DNA of 64,000 nucleotides, taken from Psammoneis japonica (taxonomy: Eukaryota). Where the stretch lies: contig QPGO01000076.1 in NCBI GenBank assembly GCA_008632985.1, forward strand, positions 62,001 to 126,000, written 5' to 3'. How positions within the stretch are numbered: the stretch's first letter is position 1; every line of letters starts with the position of its first letter. This document shows, in pieces, positions 1-13,802 of this stretch. The notes below the pieces were generated by a model. The model was not told the origin of the DNA. It worked only from the letters and a program-made list of their open reading frames with translations, and ran no database searches. A program made the translations under genes and the position numbers.

Positions 1-480
1 CAGAACTTCAAAAATGCAGGTGGGAAACATTGAAACTGCAGCATGTGATGATGTGTTTCAAATCAATGTCTTGACCCAACTTGCTCCAAGCTGTGCCAAT
101 GAGTTGACAAACACAAACATGTCCGGCATTGACAATGTTGTGGCTGTCGTTCCCACGCACACCAATCACCACACAGTCATTCCGTCCCCCGATGAGGATG
201 CTGAACATCCAGAACAATTGTCAGCTGCTTCTCATCAACATCCTGACCCAACTGGATCCAAGTCATTCCAACAAGTTGATGAACATGAACATGTCCAGCT
301 CAGTTGCCAACCCCATCATTTTCGTTGGCTCCAATTGCAACAGTCATTCCGTCAGCTGAAATGGAAATGGAACATCCAAATTGATCACCTCTCGCTTCTC
401 CATCGATGTCCTGGCGCCCATCTGCGTCCAGACCAGCCAATCTGCAATGGAAAGTTCTCTCTGGTGTTGAGATGAAAGCC
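1..480 (-). pseudogene. Decayed FG-GAP (integrin-alpha beta-propeller-like) repeat protein fragment
   Basis: Minus-strand translations GRQDIDGEARGDQFGCSISISADGMTVAIGANENDG and GTAWSKLGQDID...NAGHVCVC match the FG-GAP repeat pattern. The frames are broken. Confidence 0.7.
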
Positions 481-1354
481 ACTGACACAGACTTGTCCAA
501 TTTGACAAACTGTTCCCATCGGCAGGGAAGCATCGTTTGTTTGACAGATCATGATGCGTCTTGAGACGAAAAATGAATGAAGAAAGCATGCAAACTGTGA
601 GCTTCAGGATTTTGTCATTGTGAGCACTGCACAAAAGGAAAAGACAAAGTTGGTGCAAAATCGGACAATCTTTCAACTTTCGATGATGAATGGTGCAATG
701 TTCTTCCCTCTTTGCCACTCAAGCTTTTCTTCATGTCGAAACTGTGATGCGCCTTGATCATGGTCATTTCTTTTGCGAGCATGGCAGTTGCCAAAAGGGT
801 CTTCAGGACTGCTGTTGGGAACTTCATGGCTCTTGACCCCAGGTGGCTTCTTGGAGGAAGGTTTGCTTGTGCTTGTCCTTTTCTTCTTGAGGAGGAAACA
901 CAATGCAGTGAGAAAAATTCACATCATTGGTGCGAACAAAATGAATGACACAGAAGGTAAAATCACTCACCTCGCAACAGCATGCTGGATCTGTGAAAAC
1001 AAGAGAATTCTGAAGCTCAAAATGAAACAACAACAAATGCAAGCACCAACCGTGACACCTGCGAACAGCAAACTGTGAACCTGAAGCAAACGGCAAAATG
1101 ATTTGTTTCACACAACAACCTTCGAGCAAAAGCCGCTTGTGCTGGCACACAATTGCTGAATGCTTTGCATGTGCAAGCCAGCTGCAAAGGATTTGTTGGC
1201 ACAGCACCTCAAAATGGCACTGCAACACAGGGAGATGATTGCCGGCACCGGCATGCATGCAATGGAATGAGGTGAGCACAATTGCGGGAGAGCTGTCGTG
1301 CTCCTTGTCTGGCGGAGCATTGATTTTTTATCCTTTGTTCATTTCACAAATGAG

Positions 1355-2097
1355 TGAGTGCGGTGCATGCATGTCCAACAACAATGAGCAAATCCAAAAT
1401 GTCACTGAAATGTCCTTCGAAGAAAGACACTCAGAAGAGTTTGTGCCACTGCCTGCACATGCAGGCAGTGCAGTGTCAGCCTTCTCATCGCCGGCACAAC
1501 AAAAAAGCAGACGCGATTTGAACAATGCACCATGGCACAATGTGCTGGCAATGCATGATGGTGTGTCTGAGAATCACCAGCCATGCTTTCCCCCTTGTCT
1601 CACAATGACACCTTTTGCACAGCCACCTGGCCTCACTCTCCCGCTGCACCCACTCTTGCCCCACTCGCTGGGGTGCGAGAGACTTTGGTGGTGGGTGGGT
1701 TGGGGTTGGGGTCAGGGTCAGCCCACCCAGCACTTTTTTCCCAGTCTTCTCTGCTTTGCGGTCATGCTTTTTGCATCTCTTTTCAACTTTCCTGCTGAGC
1801 TGTGTGATGGCAACTGTGGCATCCTCTTCTTGGCACTTTGTTCTTTCATGAGACTTTGCCACACCCCAAGAAAGTGTGGTTGCCACGAGTGAGAATGTCT
1901 CACTTTTTTGTGATGAAAACTCTTCTCCTGGACCCTTTGACTGATTTGATGTTTCTTTTGCACCTCTCTGGGTTCAAATGACTCACCCATTGCTGCTCTC
2001 TGAGCAAGCCTCCATTCCGTTGACAGTGTGACAACAACGCTGCTGCTTTGAGTCTGTGGCTCATTCTGAGCTTGTCTTTTCTTGGACTTTGAACAGC
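1355..2097. repeat. Dispersed repeat, copy 1 (paralog at about 4495-5330), probably a decayed retroelement segment
   Basis: Colinear similarity, e.g. atgtccaacaacaa...ctgaaatgtcctt...aagaaagacactcagaag...tttgtgccactgc in both copies. Confidence 0.85.
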
Positions 2098-4029
2098 AGA
2101 TGTCTGTTGTGTGTTGTCCACATTGCACTGCACAAGAATGCAGACGGCCTCGAAACAGGATTGGCGGCGGCTCAATGCATGCCTGAAATCCTTGTTTTTC
2201 TGGGTTTTGAGTCTCTTGATTCTTTCATCGAACTTTTCATGACAAGCATTGCCCCTCCTCTTGAATCAAATGATGTCCACAGAATCAAGGTCATTTTGAA
2301 TGTTTTGCAAGTTGGATCCTTGCACAGATGATCCACAATGACTTTTTTCCCGGGCGGGATCTTGCTCTTGAGTCCATTTGGTTTCTTGCAGATGCCAAGG
2401 TTGCCACCAGTTCCAGAACAAAAAGGACGGGTTCCAGTCCCAGGTGGGACTCGTGTGACACTGGGCCCGCAGAATTCTACGTGCGAGCTTCTTAGTGAAT
2501 TTAGACTGCAATGAAAATGTGAATGATCGCCAACAGAAAAAGAGGCAATTTTACGAACGCATCTCCTCCTCCATGCTTGAAGTGCATCATTGACAGTTTG
2601 CCCGGGTGCATTCTTCAGACATCAAAGAACACACCCAGTGCATTTTCATTCTCACAAATGTTGAAAATGGAAAGCCTTTGGCTTCGCAAAACAGGGAGTG
2701 TGAAACAATTTCGGAGAATGTGACACGTAGAAATGTGCGCGCGCGACATGCGACGCGATCCAAAAAACTGTTGATGTCACAGTGTGGTGGCACGAGGTCC
2801 CACCTAGAGCTGGAACGCGTCACAAAGGTCCGTTGACCCAGACAACCTTGCTTTCACAAATTGAAAGAGCAACTGCACAGGTGAGCCCAGGCCCATTGGA
2901 TTTCTTGGAGCACCAACTCTTCCTCAGATCTTTCCTCTGCTCCTGGACCGTGAAATCTGTGCCATCAACAGAGATCACAAAGATTTCATTTTGCCCGTCA
3001 AGGTCAACTCAAACAACCTGCATCAATGGAGAGCAATGAGAAAGCAAAAGAGTGAGTGCAGACATTCTAAAAACATGAATGGAGCAAACCACAATTCATG
3101 ACTCACCTTTTGTTCTTTCACAATGCTGCCGCGGCATTGACGTGCTTCCTGATGTGGTTGTGGCATGTTTCTTCAATTGGCCCCTGTCATCTGGACATTT
3201 TATTTTCTTCATCACAGGCTGCCACCCAGCTCAACACCATTGAGAAATTGCAAGCATTGATTTTGGCAATGTGAGCATTTGGGATTGTTGTCATTTGGAG
3301 GTCAACAAAAAGGGCTGCACAACCCTTGGGATGGACTCCAAAGTGAGAGACAAAGTGCAACATGCATTGTTTGAGCATGAGAAATTGTGCATGTTCACAA
3401 TTGTGCATTGTCAACAAATCAGTTGTGCAACAATCATGGATGCGCATGAAGGTCAGGTTGATCACACAGAATTGATTGGATGTCGAATTTTGCAACTGAG
3501 ATTGACAGATGATGTTGACACATGAGGCATCAATGTCAATCACATCCGGACAATCTGTTGTCACAACCATGTTCTCCAAAAAGCCTTTGCTCTGTAGAAG
3601 CAACACACAAACTTGTCAGGCCTTTGAGAGCTTGTCAGGAGAAACTCAAAAAGACAGAGCAAAATTTGACATCATGATTTTTCCACTTCGTGATTTGTTC
3701 TGCTTTCATTTGCACTTGTTCTTTGAGCATGGTGCATTGTGTGTGCACACCACAGAAGGCAAAAACACGAAAATGAAACTTTCATCCCATGCAGCCAATG
3801 GCAAGTCCTTCGTCAAGCAGGATGGAATTGCACCGCAACTGCTGGAGTTGATTTCTGTGCCAAAGTCACTCAAACCGAGCCAGGAGCTTGTCAAGATGGA
3901 GCAGTGCTTTCATCCTGGTGACAAAAAAAGTGCACCCACACAACTGATGTCAAGCGCTGCAACAAGCAAGGTGTTCCCAAGCACATCAAATTCCTGAATA
4001 ACTGCGAGAAGCTTCTGATTGGACAGAAT

Positions 4030-4495
4030 CTCAAGAACAGTCTGACAAGTTTCGAAAATGCACATGTTGTTGCAGGGAGATGCTCTGCAAGTCTTTGAGA
4101 ATGGAGCAATGAACATCGAAAACAAGGGTGCTGAGAGAGCCTTCCAAAAATGCCTGCATCATCTCTCCAATCATGTCTTTCAAAAGAGTGCGCTTCAGAA
4201 TCAGAAACGACACCCACGCCATGATCTTAAGAAGCCAGACTCCATGAAGATGAGAGAAATTGCTGCATGGGCTCAGGAGGTCAACAAAGACTTCAAGCAC
4301 TGTCCTCCCTTTGAGTCCAATCAGAAGCTGGATGGTGATGAGTTAAAGGATGTCATCTGCAACCTTGCACCTTGCAAATGGCACCATCAGTCAACCCTTC
4401 AAGGTTTTGAAATTTTGGATCACACCTTTGACAAGTTGGTTGAGTTTTTGGAATGTCTGGAGGCTGCAGAGGACATGTTTGATCAAATTCATGTC
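4030..4495 (+). mobile_element. Decayed Ty3/Gypsy gag fragment
   Basis: LLQGDALQVF...HVFQKSALQNQKRH...LKKPDSMKMRE...NQKLDGDEL...LQGFE...LVEFLECLE resembles stramenopile Gypsy gag. Expected Tyr positions read His or Cys. Confidence 0.7.
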
Positions 4496-5330
4496 AGTGC
4501 AATGCACATGTCCAACAACAAGCAAACCCAAATGTTGCTGAAATGTCCTTTCCAAAGAAAGACACTCAGAAGCTTTTGTGCCACTGCACACACATCAGCG
4601 CAGTGACAGCCCCTTCTCATCACCAGCACAAACAAAAAAAACAGACTCGATTTGAAAATTGCACCATGACACAATGTGCTGGCAGTGCATGGCGTGTCTG
4701 AGAATCGCCAGCCATGCTTTCCCCTTCATCATGATTTTACTCCCCTTCTTCTCATGACAACACCTCCTTTTGCACAGCCACCTGGCCTTGCTCTCCTGCT
4801 GCACCCACTCTTGCCCCGCTTGCTGGGGTGCAAGAGACTTTGGCAGCAACAACTTTCCTTTCTTCCAGGTGCCCCAGCTGATCCTCCTGGGCCCCATTGT
4901 TGGAAGCCCTTTGGGCTGAAGCACTCTGCTTTTGCAGCGTTGGCTTTTTTGCTTGCAGACGCAGCTGTGTGTGTGCCTGGCTGTGCCCCAGCACCCACCC
5001 AGCATTTTTCTCCCAGTCTTCTCTGCTTTGCTGTCACAATGGTTTTTGCATCTTTTTAATTTTCCTGCTGCTGAGCTCTGTGATGGCATCTGTGGCCTCC
5101 TCTTCTTCTTGACACTTTGTTCATTCATGAGACATTGTCACACTCCAAGAAAGTGTGGCTGCCACAAGTGAGAGCATCTCACTTGTTTGTGGTGGAAACC
5201 CTGCTCCTGGCCCCATTGTCCCATTGCTGCTTTTTGTGAGCAAGTCTCCACTCCATCAACAACATGATGACAGTGCCGCTGCTTTGAGTCTGGGCCTCTC
5301 TAAGCTTGCATCTTCTTGGGGTTGACAAGC
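4495..5330. repeat. Dispersed repeat, copy 2 (paralog of 1355-2097)
   Basis: Colinear similarity with 1355-2097. It abuts and truncates the gag fragment. Confidence 0.85.
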
Positions 5331-6499
5331 ATTGCCACTTGGACTCTCCTTTGCAAGCAAGCTTTCTTGTTCTCTCAGATTGCAGTGCATTGTGTTGGCC
5401 AAGTGCACCACAAATGCCAAGAAAAATTTTGGCAGTGCATTTGTGGAGAACAACAGTGGCAATGCCAGAGGTCACTGCTCCAGCCAGCCAAGCTTGGTTG
5501 TGTTCACACACAGTTTTCACATTTTCTGAACCTCCCATGTCACACATCACACAGTGTGGCCTCACACTTGCCTCCTCCCTGCATCTGTGATCATGTCTTT
5601 GCTTGGATGTGTCAAGCAAGTTCCGCCAGCTTGCCTGACTTTCCTGAAACAAGAAGAAATGGCTGGAAAGCCATTGAGAACAGCTGCTCTGCTGGCCCAC
5701 ACAATGATCAGCTGGGCAACTTCCCAAGCAGCAGTCTGCAGGAAAGGTGCTGTCAAAGGGTTTCTGTTTGCATGACAGACACCCAAAGATCCAAGGACAG
5801 CTTTTTGAGAGTGCTGTCACATGGCACACTGCAGCTGAGAGAGGCCAAGTCACAATCAACAAAGGTGAGTCCAGATGAGACAAGTGCAAGGCACAATGGT
5901 CCCTGAGGGTTTGTGTGTGTGCTCCAAGGAATCAGCAAAGTGGGCATGAGGGGCAAAGCCATGTTGCCTTGATTTTGCAACTTCATTGTTCATGTCAGTT
6001 GTCAAGATTGATTTTTGATTTGACAGCTGACGTGAAAAACAAAGTTGAAAAATCCAAAATCAAAGTTTTCCAGGTGCTTCTGACCCAGAAAACTTTGATT
6101 TTGAAGTGCTTTGATTTTGAAAAAGGGGTGCATGGAATGGGTCTCAGTCTTGAAAAAATGCACAGATGCCTGCAATGTGTGCTTTGCACTGAAATGAAAG
6201 AAAATCTCTCCAAGGAAAACTGTCACATTCTTGGTCTAAACAGACACTGTGATGGCTTCTGCACCTGCAGAACAAATCATTTGTCCAGCTGTTGTGTGCA
6301 GCATGCCTCCATGCTGACTGACATGGCAAGTTTGTGTTGCACCAGCCTCTGGTGCACAGCAGCACAGTGTTGCCAACATGCACCTGGGAAGCACAATCTT
6401 GCTGAAGGACATGTGGCTCTTTGACTTGGGCATTTTTAGAAGAGTGTCTGCAAGCTCAGCACCAACATGTTGTTTGGTCATCAACAGCAGTGTGGTGTG

Positions 6500-7900
6500 T
6501 GCAATGACGTCATCACTTGTGCAAAGTGCATGATGTGCAACGCAAATGTGTGTGATTTGATGTGATCCAAAATCCAAACAAATTTCAAATTTGACACAAT
6601 TCTTTGTTTGCACAGCTCCACTTTTTAGGAGACAACTGGTGCTCATGATTTTCACAGAGAACCACTTTTGTGAGGCATCACATTTGCATTTTTGTTGCTT
6701 GCAGCACATGGGGCACAGCTGATCTGGTTGTGCCATGTGGGATTGTGTCTCAACTGCCTCTTTCCACTGGTTTTGTCAGGCTGCTCCTGTGATCTCTCCG
6801 GAGTCTTCTGTGACAGTCTCTCAGTTTCCCATTGCTTCACTCACACCCTTTGTTCTTTTTTGCATCATGGTGAAAAGTTTGGGCTTGGCACTTGGTGCAG
6901 GAAACCACCAAAAATTCATGCCATTTGATGACATGAGCATTGGCAAATTCATGCCATTTGATGACATGAGATTGCCAGGCTGTCACACAGGTCCATGGCA
7001 ACCATGTTTTGCCAATTTGCAGCCAAAAACCATCATTCTGGAGCCCCAAAATCTCTCCTGTAGCAACCAATGCTCAGAGTGGTCATTGGCATGGTTGGTG
7101 CCAACACTCCGTCATCCAAACCATGTGCCAGGAAGACTGAAAATTTCTAAGAAGAGCCTCTGCAACTCTGCCACACTGGTGCCTTTCTTTTTTTTACATC
7201 TTCATTTCAGGCAGCAGCTGGAAAAGTTGGTCTGCCATTTTCTGATGCACATCTTGATGGCTGATGAGTGGTGGAATTCTTTTGTCCACCTTGACAATGG
7301 CACCTCAAATGTGGAACAGCTTGGTGTGGGCATGTGACCCCTTGATTTGTGTGCTGGTTTGGGAACAGAGTGAGCATCTGTTTGCTGGCACAACAAGCGG
7401 CCACTGAACAACAATCAAAGCAGTGCAGGTGGAGCGCCCCATCTGTCTTTTGTTCACAGTGGTGGCTCAGACTCTGCAGCCAATGACTGGGTTTTCTAAC
7501 CATGACATTCTTGGGCATTGGGTGCAAACAATCATGAGAACATTTTTTCTGCATGGAACCACAAGCTTGTCAAAAGGAAATGACCACTGAAGTTTTTGCA
7601 AAAACGCGACTGTTGACACAACACTCAGATGTGTGATGAACTCTTCCCTCTGCTCATCATGTGGAACAAGCACAGAGCTCACCCAGTCTTGAGCCTGGAA
7701 AATTGGAAGATGAATCTGGCCATGTGTTGTTGGCGGGGAAGACCATGCGCTGTTGGCGGGGAACACTGAGCTCACATTTTTGTCTCCAGCAGTTCGCACT
7801 GGTTGGGCATTCAACGCATGCATTGCACACAAGTGCATCACTTGCTGAACTCATCAAACACAAACAATGCTGTGCCAGATCACTTTTTGGCATCTTCTGT
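6500..7900 (-). mobile_element. Possible decayed piggyBac-like (DDE_Tnp_1_7) transposase
   Basis: Weak motif echoes across frames (SF.FDKLVVPCRK...MVRKP; NHANDHSEHWLLQERFW) and a Cys-rich C-terminal region. Heavily decayed. Confidence 0.3.
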
Positions 7901-8388
7901 CACAAAGTGAGTGGAAGTCAAAGAGCTGTCGATCCCGCCGAGTTGGTTGGCACAAGGCTGGGACAACAAACCAAAGGTGCCACAGCCCAAGATGCAGTTG
8001 TCAGAAGTGAGCAAGCAACAAGACAACAACAAAGACCATGAGGATGGAGGAGATGAGCCACAATGCCCCCCCAAAGAGAGGTCAGCACACTCAATTCAGA
8101 GCCAAACTTCTTGTGCGACTCACCTGCTCCTCCCCACACCTCTGGTTGCACACCACATCAAGCAAAATGTGATTTCCTTGTCGTGCCATCAAAACATGTT
8201 TTGGCTCTAAAATGTCGAGTGGATTCTGCCAGCTTGCCTGGCCTCACTTCCCCGAGACAAAATAAGAGCCTCACAAATCAAAAAATGGCAAGCCATGAGG
8301 AAAAATGACAAACATCCTGAAACGGCCCTGCCGTACATGCGGTCAGATCGTCCATTGCCGCTTTTATGACCTCATTCATCCTTTTACC

Positions 8389-10949
8389 ATGGTGCGACTG
8401 CAGCAGCGATCTTGTTGTTTGGCGATTGTTGTCATTACACTGAGTCTTGTACGAATCACTTCCTTTGCAGCATCGCGTCTGCCAGTGGCGACTGTTTGGG
8501 GTAGAAACAAGTCCTTGTTCAAGAGGAATCGTCAGAGCATTCAGAAACGCAGAATTTCTGAAACAACTGCTGGATTGAGAATGACTGCAACCACAAACGG
8601 TATTTCCACTTCCAAGAGTCGTACAATTTCGCCTCCTATTGCTCCACGGGAAGAGGATCGAGTCGTCTATGCTGGTGTCGCGTACGATGAGTCGTCTCCC
8701 ATGCCACGTCAAGCCGAGTCGTCAACCGAAGCCTTGCTGGATCCGCCCGTGGCCATTCCCGATCCGTATGGATGGCTACGAGATGAGTCCAGAACCAATG
8801 AAACTGTTTTGAAACATTTGAAACAGGAAAATGAATACACAGAAGCAAATACGAAGCACTTGGAGCAACTCAGGTCGGACCTTTATGAAGAAATGAAGTC
8901 TTCCATTCAAGAAACAGATTACACGGTGCCTAGACCTCGTGGCGAGTGGTGGTACTACACGAGAACCTACGAGGGCAAGAGCTATACCGCCTACTGTCGG
9001 GCACCCAAGACCACAGATACGCTTGGTGATATTAATTGGGACGGTAGTGCAGAATCACCCATTTTGCCGGGAGAACAAGTCTATCTCGACGTGAATGCCT
9101 TGGCACAGGACCGAGACTATTGTTCACCCGGCCGAGTTGCAACCTCTCCCAGTCACAAGCTCTTGGCCTACACGGTTGACTTTTCAGGAGACGAAACATG
9201 TGAACTGATTGTCAAAAATTTGGAAACGGGAAAAGAAACCAATCAAAATTTGCAAGTCTATGGACAAGTTGTGTGGGGCAAGGACGATTCGTCTCTCTTT
9301 TATCTCAAAATGGATGAAGCACACCGACCCTTTCAAGTGTATCGTCGCACTCTCGACACTCAAGAGGATGAATTGCTTTTCGAAGAATCGGATGACTTGT
9401 TTTGGTCCTACATGTAGGAAATCGCACCTTCAGTGTGTCATTTTTGCATTGAAATTTATACTCACGCAACATTCACCACCATCCTTTTTCTCACATAGGT
9501 ACAAATCAAAGGATCAAAAGTATCTCTTTATTGAAACATCTTCCAAGGAGACGACTGAAATTTACTTTTTAAATTTGGAAAATCCGTCCTCCAAACTGCA
9601 ATGCATTGCCAAGCGGCGACCCAAAGTCCTATATGATGTAAGCCACCGTCATGGCAAGTGGCTCATTGCCTCCAATGTCGGTGGAACGCCCAATATGCAA
9701 TTTTTTACCTGCGACGCAAAGGCAAACTGCCAAGACGATTGGACCAAGGTGACTCTTGATGACAAGCCGTTATTTGACGGTGGATACGATCGGTCCTTGT
9801 CGAGTCTTACCGCCTTTGACAAGTTTGTCGTGGCAAGTGGCCGAGAAGGCGGTATTCCTCGTGTGTGGATTGTAGGCTATAATCAAGAGGACGACGACGG
9901 AGTGTCTAGTTTTCAACGTCTCGAATTTCCTGAGGCGGCTCATGATGTGGGTATTGGAGCTCATTATGAATTTGAAACAGAAAAAGTGGTTGTTTCGTAT
10001 GATTCGCTTGTCACTCCGGCACAAAGTCTCGAAATTTCCATGGCCAATCCGTCGGACAGGACGGTTTTGAAGCAACGCCAAGTTCCTGGCTACGATCCAA
10101 ACGAGTACGCATGTGATCGTGTGCTTGTCACGGCACGGGATGGTTCGACCGGAAATACCTGTTAGTCTAGTGTACAAAAAGAGCACGATGGAGGAACACT
10201 TGAAATCCAACAAGCCTGTTGCTACTCATTTGTATGGATACGGGAGTTACGGATCCTGCTGTGAGGCAGATTTCCGTGCTACACGATTGCCACTCTTGAA
10301 TCGCGGCGTCGTGTACGTTATCGCTCATGTGCGTGGTGGCGGCGAAATGGGACGCCAATGGTATGAGGAGCCCAATGGCGCAAAGTACTTGTGTAAAAAG
10401 AATACCTTTAACGACTTTGTGGATGTCGCCAAGTGGTTGATTGACGACAAAAAGTTGACCGTTCCCTCCCAACTGTCCTGTGAAGGCCGAAGTGCCGGCG
10501 GATTGCTTGTTGGTGCGAGCATCAATCAAGCGCCCGAGCTTTTCAAAATGGCTCTTCTCGGCGTTCCATTTGTAGATGTTCTCTGTACCATGGTTGATGC
10601 CACCATTCCATTGACTGCCGTGGAATGGGAAGAATGGGGCAATCCCAACGAAAAGAAATTCTTTGACTACATGAAAGAGTACAGTCCCGTCAATGCTGTG
10701 AAACAGGGTGCAACGTATCCTTCCTGCTTGTTGACGGGAGGATTGCATGATCCTCGTGTACAGTACTGGGAACCGACAAAGTTTGCAGCTGAACTTCGGC
10801 ACTGTCAAGGCAAGGATTCTGGACCCGTCTGTGTCAAGTTAGACATGAGTGCTGGTCACTTTTCCGCGTCGGATCGATACAAGTACTTGAAAGAGCTTGC
10901 CTTTGATTACGCATTCTTGTTGGATCAGTTGGGATTGGTTGACGCATAA
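8389..10949 (+). CDS. Oligopeptidase B / protease II (peptidase S9A), 2 exons
   Basis: [30 protein letters not shown], catalytic GRSAGG, HDPRVQYWEP and AGHF motifs. GT-AG intron at 9414-9498. One +1 frameshift near 10150 (extra C relative to the duplicate). Hydrophobic N-terminal leader from ATG 8389. Confidence 0.93.
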
Positions 10950-12479
10950 ACAACGTAGCGGAGCTCTATGTTATTACTCTTAGTGTATGAGCGGTGCTTT
11001 TGTTTTTTGGTTAGGGTTAGCGCCGAACTGTTATTTGTGCAATTATTTGTATGGGAACTCAACGATATCGCTTTGTTTGCTTACGTCCTGCACGTACCCG
11101 ATTGAAGGTGATAAGGCGACCAACATGATGCCTTTTCAGTTCTTCGAGCATTACTTCAGAAACCCGAATATGATTGGACCCGACAAACGGAAAACGGCTT
11201 CCAACAAAGTGGCACTCGCTTCGATGCATCAGACCAAACCAAACGCAATGCTCGGACACCATCACTGCGACTACGGTAAGAGCTTTTTTGCAGTGAATCA
11301 CGGGCTGCTCCGCATTATCGATCTGAGCTCCTACAGTGACGTAAGGTTGATTCAGCTCAACACAAGTGACTTCAGCATCACCTCCAGCCGCTTGACATTA
11401 GATCTTACGCGCCTTGTCTTATGGTTGTATTTCATGCACCTATCCTCTACCTAAAGTATCTTTATACTCTGTTTGCTGGACACGTGAATGAAACACAGCC
11501 AACGAAAATGAAAGAGACAATGGAACCGTTGCTTGTCCATCAGAAGGTAAACTTGGTTGTGAATGGACACGGCCACGGCTACCTGAGAACCCACCCTCTT
11601 GCGTTTGGTCAGGTCAGATAAGTCTCGGCAAAGCCGTTCCTTTAGAACTGACAGATACTTCGATCCTCCTCACGCCTGCCCGATTCTTTTGTTGGAACAA
11701 AGGAGCAGGCAGCAATCGAGAGCACAATGTACCGGGATATCATAACAAGAAACAAGAAGAGTGGGTGGTAAAATGAGATCGATTTGAGTGAGGATGCGGC
11801 CACCGGCCACCTTCATGTGGCAAACGCAACTCACGCGAAGTTGGATTGGGTCCAAGACGACAAGAGCCAAGACATGCACGACAGCTTCTGGACATATAAT
11901 CCCCACTCTTCCAAGACGCAGTGTACCTCGCATGAGTGGAAATAGATCTCGCCGTTAGCAGCGAGTGTTTCCGATTGCCACTCCTTTAACTAATTGGCTT
12001 GTGCATTACACATCCACAACAGTCAAGGCATGTGACACAATGGACTAAACATGCGCACACGCTAATTTGGAAAAACTGCTTTTCCATTTTACATTTCATC
12101 TTTGTCGTTTTCCGTTGAACCATGACTGACTCCCGGGTCATCAAGATGAAAACCATCTAAGCCACTTTCCGCGTCGCCAATGACGCTTACGACGAGATCC
12201 CCACTGAGCGTCTAAAGCTCATCGTCGCTGCTGTCTTCAGGTGGAGGATGAAGAGCGATGCCATCGATGAACTGAAGCTGTCCATCACCACTGAGCTGGC
12301 GGGCAAGAGAGAGGAAGGGATTCTTCAAGTTGCAGTTCAACAAAGCGGAGAGTCCAAGCAACAGCGGGTTTGGAGCACGTGGCTTCGCTCTTACGAAAGA
12401 CGGCAACAGGTCTTCTATTTTTTGGTCCGCTCGTTCCAAACCCTCAACGACATGTACGATCACCAGCAGAGACACTCAA

Positions 12480-13800
12480 GATGCTGCGCTTGACTGCAAC
12501 CTCGCTCTGAGGCTGGGAGTTCCTCCAATCTCATCATCATCATGTTGTTCTTCCTTGTCGTCTCTTTGGATGCGGTGGCCCTGCAGCATGTGAGGTGCAC
12601 TGTGTGTGGGCATGGATGCCCCCTGTCCCTGTGCTCTGCGCTGGGATCTGGCAACCATTGACATTTCATCAAAGTGAATGTGAGGAGATTGTCTTCTCCC
12701 AAACATCAGAATGTAGAATGTGTTCAGAGCTTTGTGCAACGGTCAGAACACATTGTTTTTCATGAATGTCGTTGAATGGACATGAGATCTAGAAGCCGCA
12801 ATGGTGGACGAGAAGAGGAGAGAGCAAAAAACATGGAGAAAAAGCCAGTTTTGGAACAACCTGACAGAACAAGGTGATGGACTTAAGTGGCATCAGGCTT
12901 TTCAGATGGTGCATTTGCGTTCTGATGTTCAGATCAGAAGAGGCAAGGTTGATTGAAGTGCTGTCCAGATCAGTGTGATCAGAGAGCATGCTCATGGTGG
13001 TGGAAGAACATTCCTGGCTTGCCAAAGCCAAAATTGTTAGACCATTCAGATGGCACACTGAGCTCTGATGTGCAGATCAGACAAAACAAGGTGGATCGCA
13101 CTTGAATCCAGATCAGCTTGGAGCTGGCTTGCGGAGGACATCCGGATCCAGTGTGATCAGAGAGGGCGTGTTTGTGGCGGCAGGATGTGCCCCAAGCCTG
13201 CCAAAAACAAAGACACCTTCAGGCTGTTCAGACAGCATGCTCTCGCACTCTGATGTTCAGATCAGACAAAACAAGGAGGGCTGCACTGCGATCTGATCAA
13301 GTGGCTTGCGGAGGCTGCCCGGATCCAGTGTGATCAAGAGGGCATTTGCGGTGGTCGGGAATGTTCCGATCTGCCAAAAACAAAAACACCAAACTGCACT
13401 GTTCGTGCTCTGGTGGGACAAGTCAGAAGCAATGAGAGCAACACAGGTGCCATGCACAATCGACTTGGCTTGCGGAATCTCTCCGGATCCGAGTCGACGG
13501 CTGACTCATCGTGGCATTGCAGGCTGATCAAGGTGGTCAAGCCCATCCACTGTTTGTTGGCACCACACACACACAGCTCATGGGTGATTGTGCGAGGCAT
13601 GTGCCGCTCGGCAGAAGCAACATTTTCAGTGTTGTCGGCCCATGTCGGGTCAACGCAACTGATCCTGTCATCACCGGCAGTCCGCCAAACACCATGAGGG
13701 GAACTGGGGCGGCCTCTCGTCCATCGTCTGTGAACTTTCGTTCTACGAACATTGAGAATGTTTGAGAGATGTTGAGTCCTTTTCGTCCTGCTGATTGTCA
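12480..13800 (+). mobile_element. TpA-depleted decayed element with three internal imperfect repeats
   Basis: tctgatgt(t/g)cagatcaga recurs at about 12920, 13064 and 13249 with downstream similarity. Family not recognised. Confidence 0.55.
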
Positions 13801-13802
13801 TG

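Larger units (their letters stand above)
1..8300. other. TpA- and CpG-depleted block of nested decayed transposons and pseudogenes
   Basis: TA is nearly absent and TG/CA saturate the block. All ORFs are Cys/His-rich and essentially Tyr-free. Normal composition resumes just upstream of the oligopeptidase gene. A less-mutated island lies at about 2470-2830. Confidence 0.9.

Noticed and set aside
1..8300. Classical fungal RIP or plain CpG deamination as the sole cause of the composition bias
   Set aside because: RIP raises TpA and lowers CpA/TpG, the opposite of what is seen. CpG decay does not remove TpA, and the young Gypsy element lacks TA while keeping CpG.
10987..12000. Protein-coding gene between the oligopeptidase and the decayed element
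   Set aside because: Only short ORFs with no recognisable motifs.
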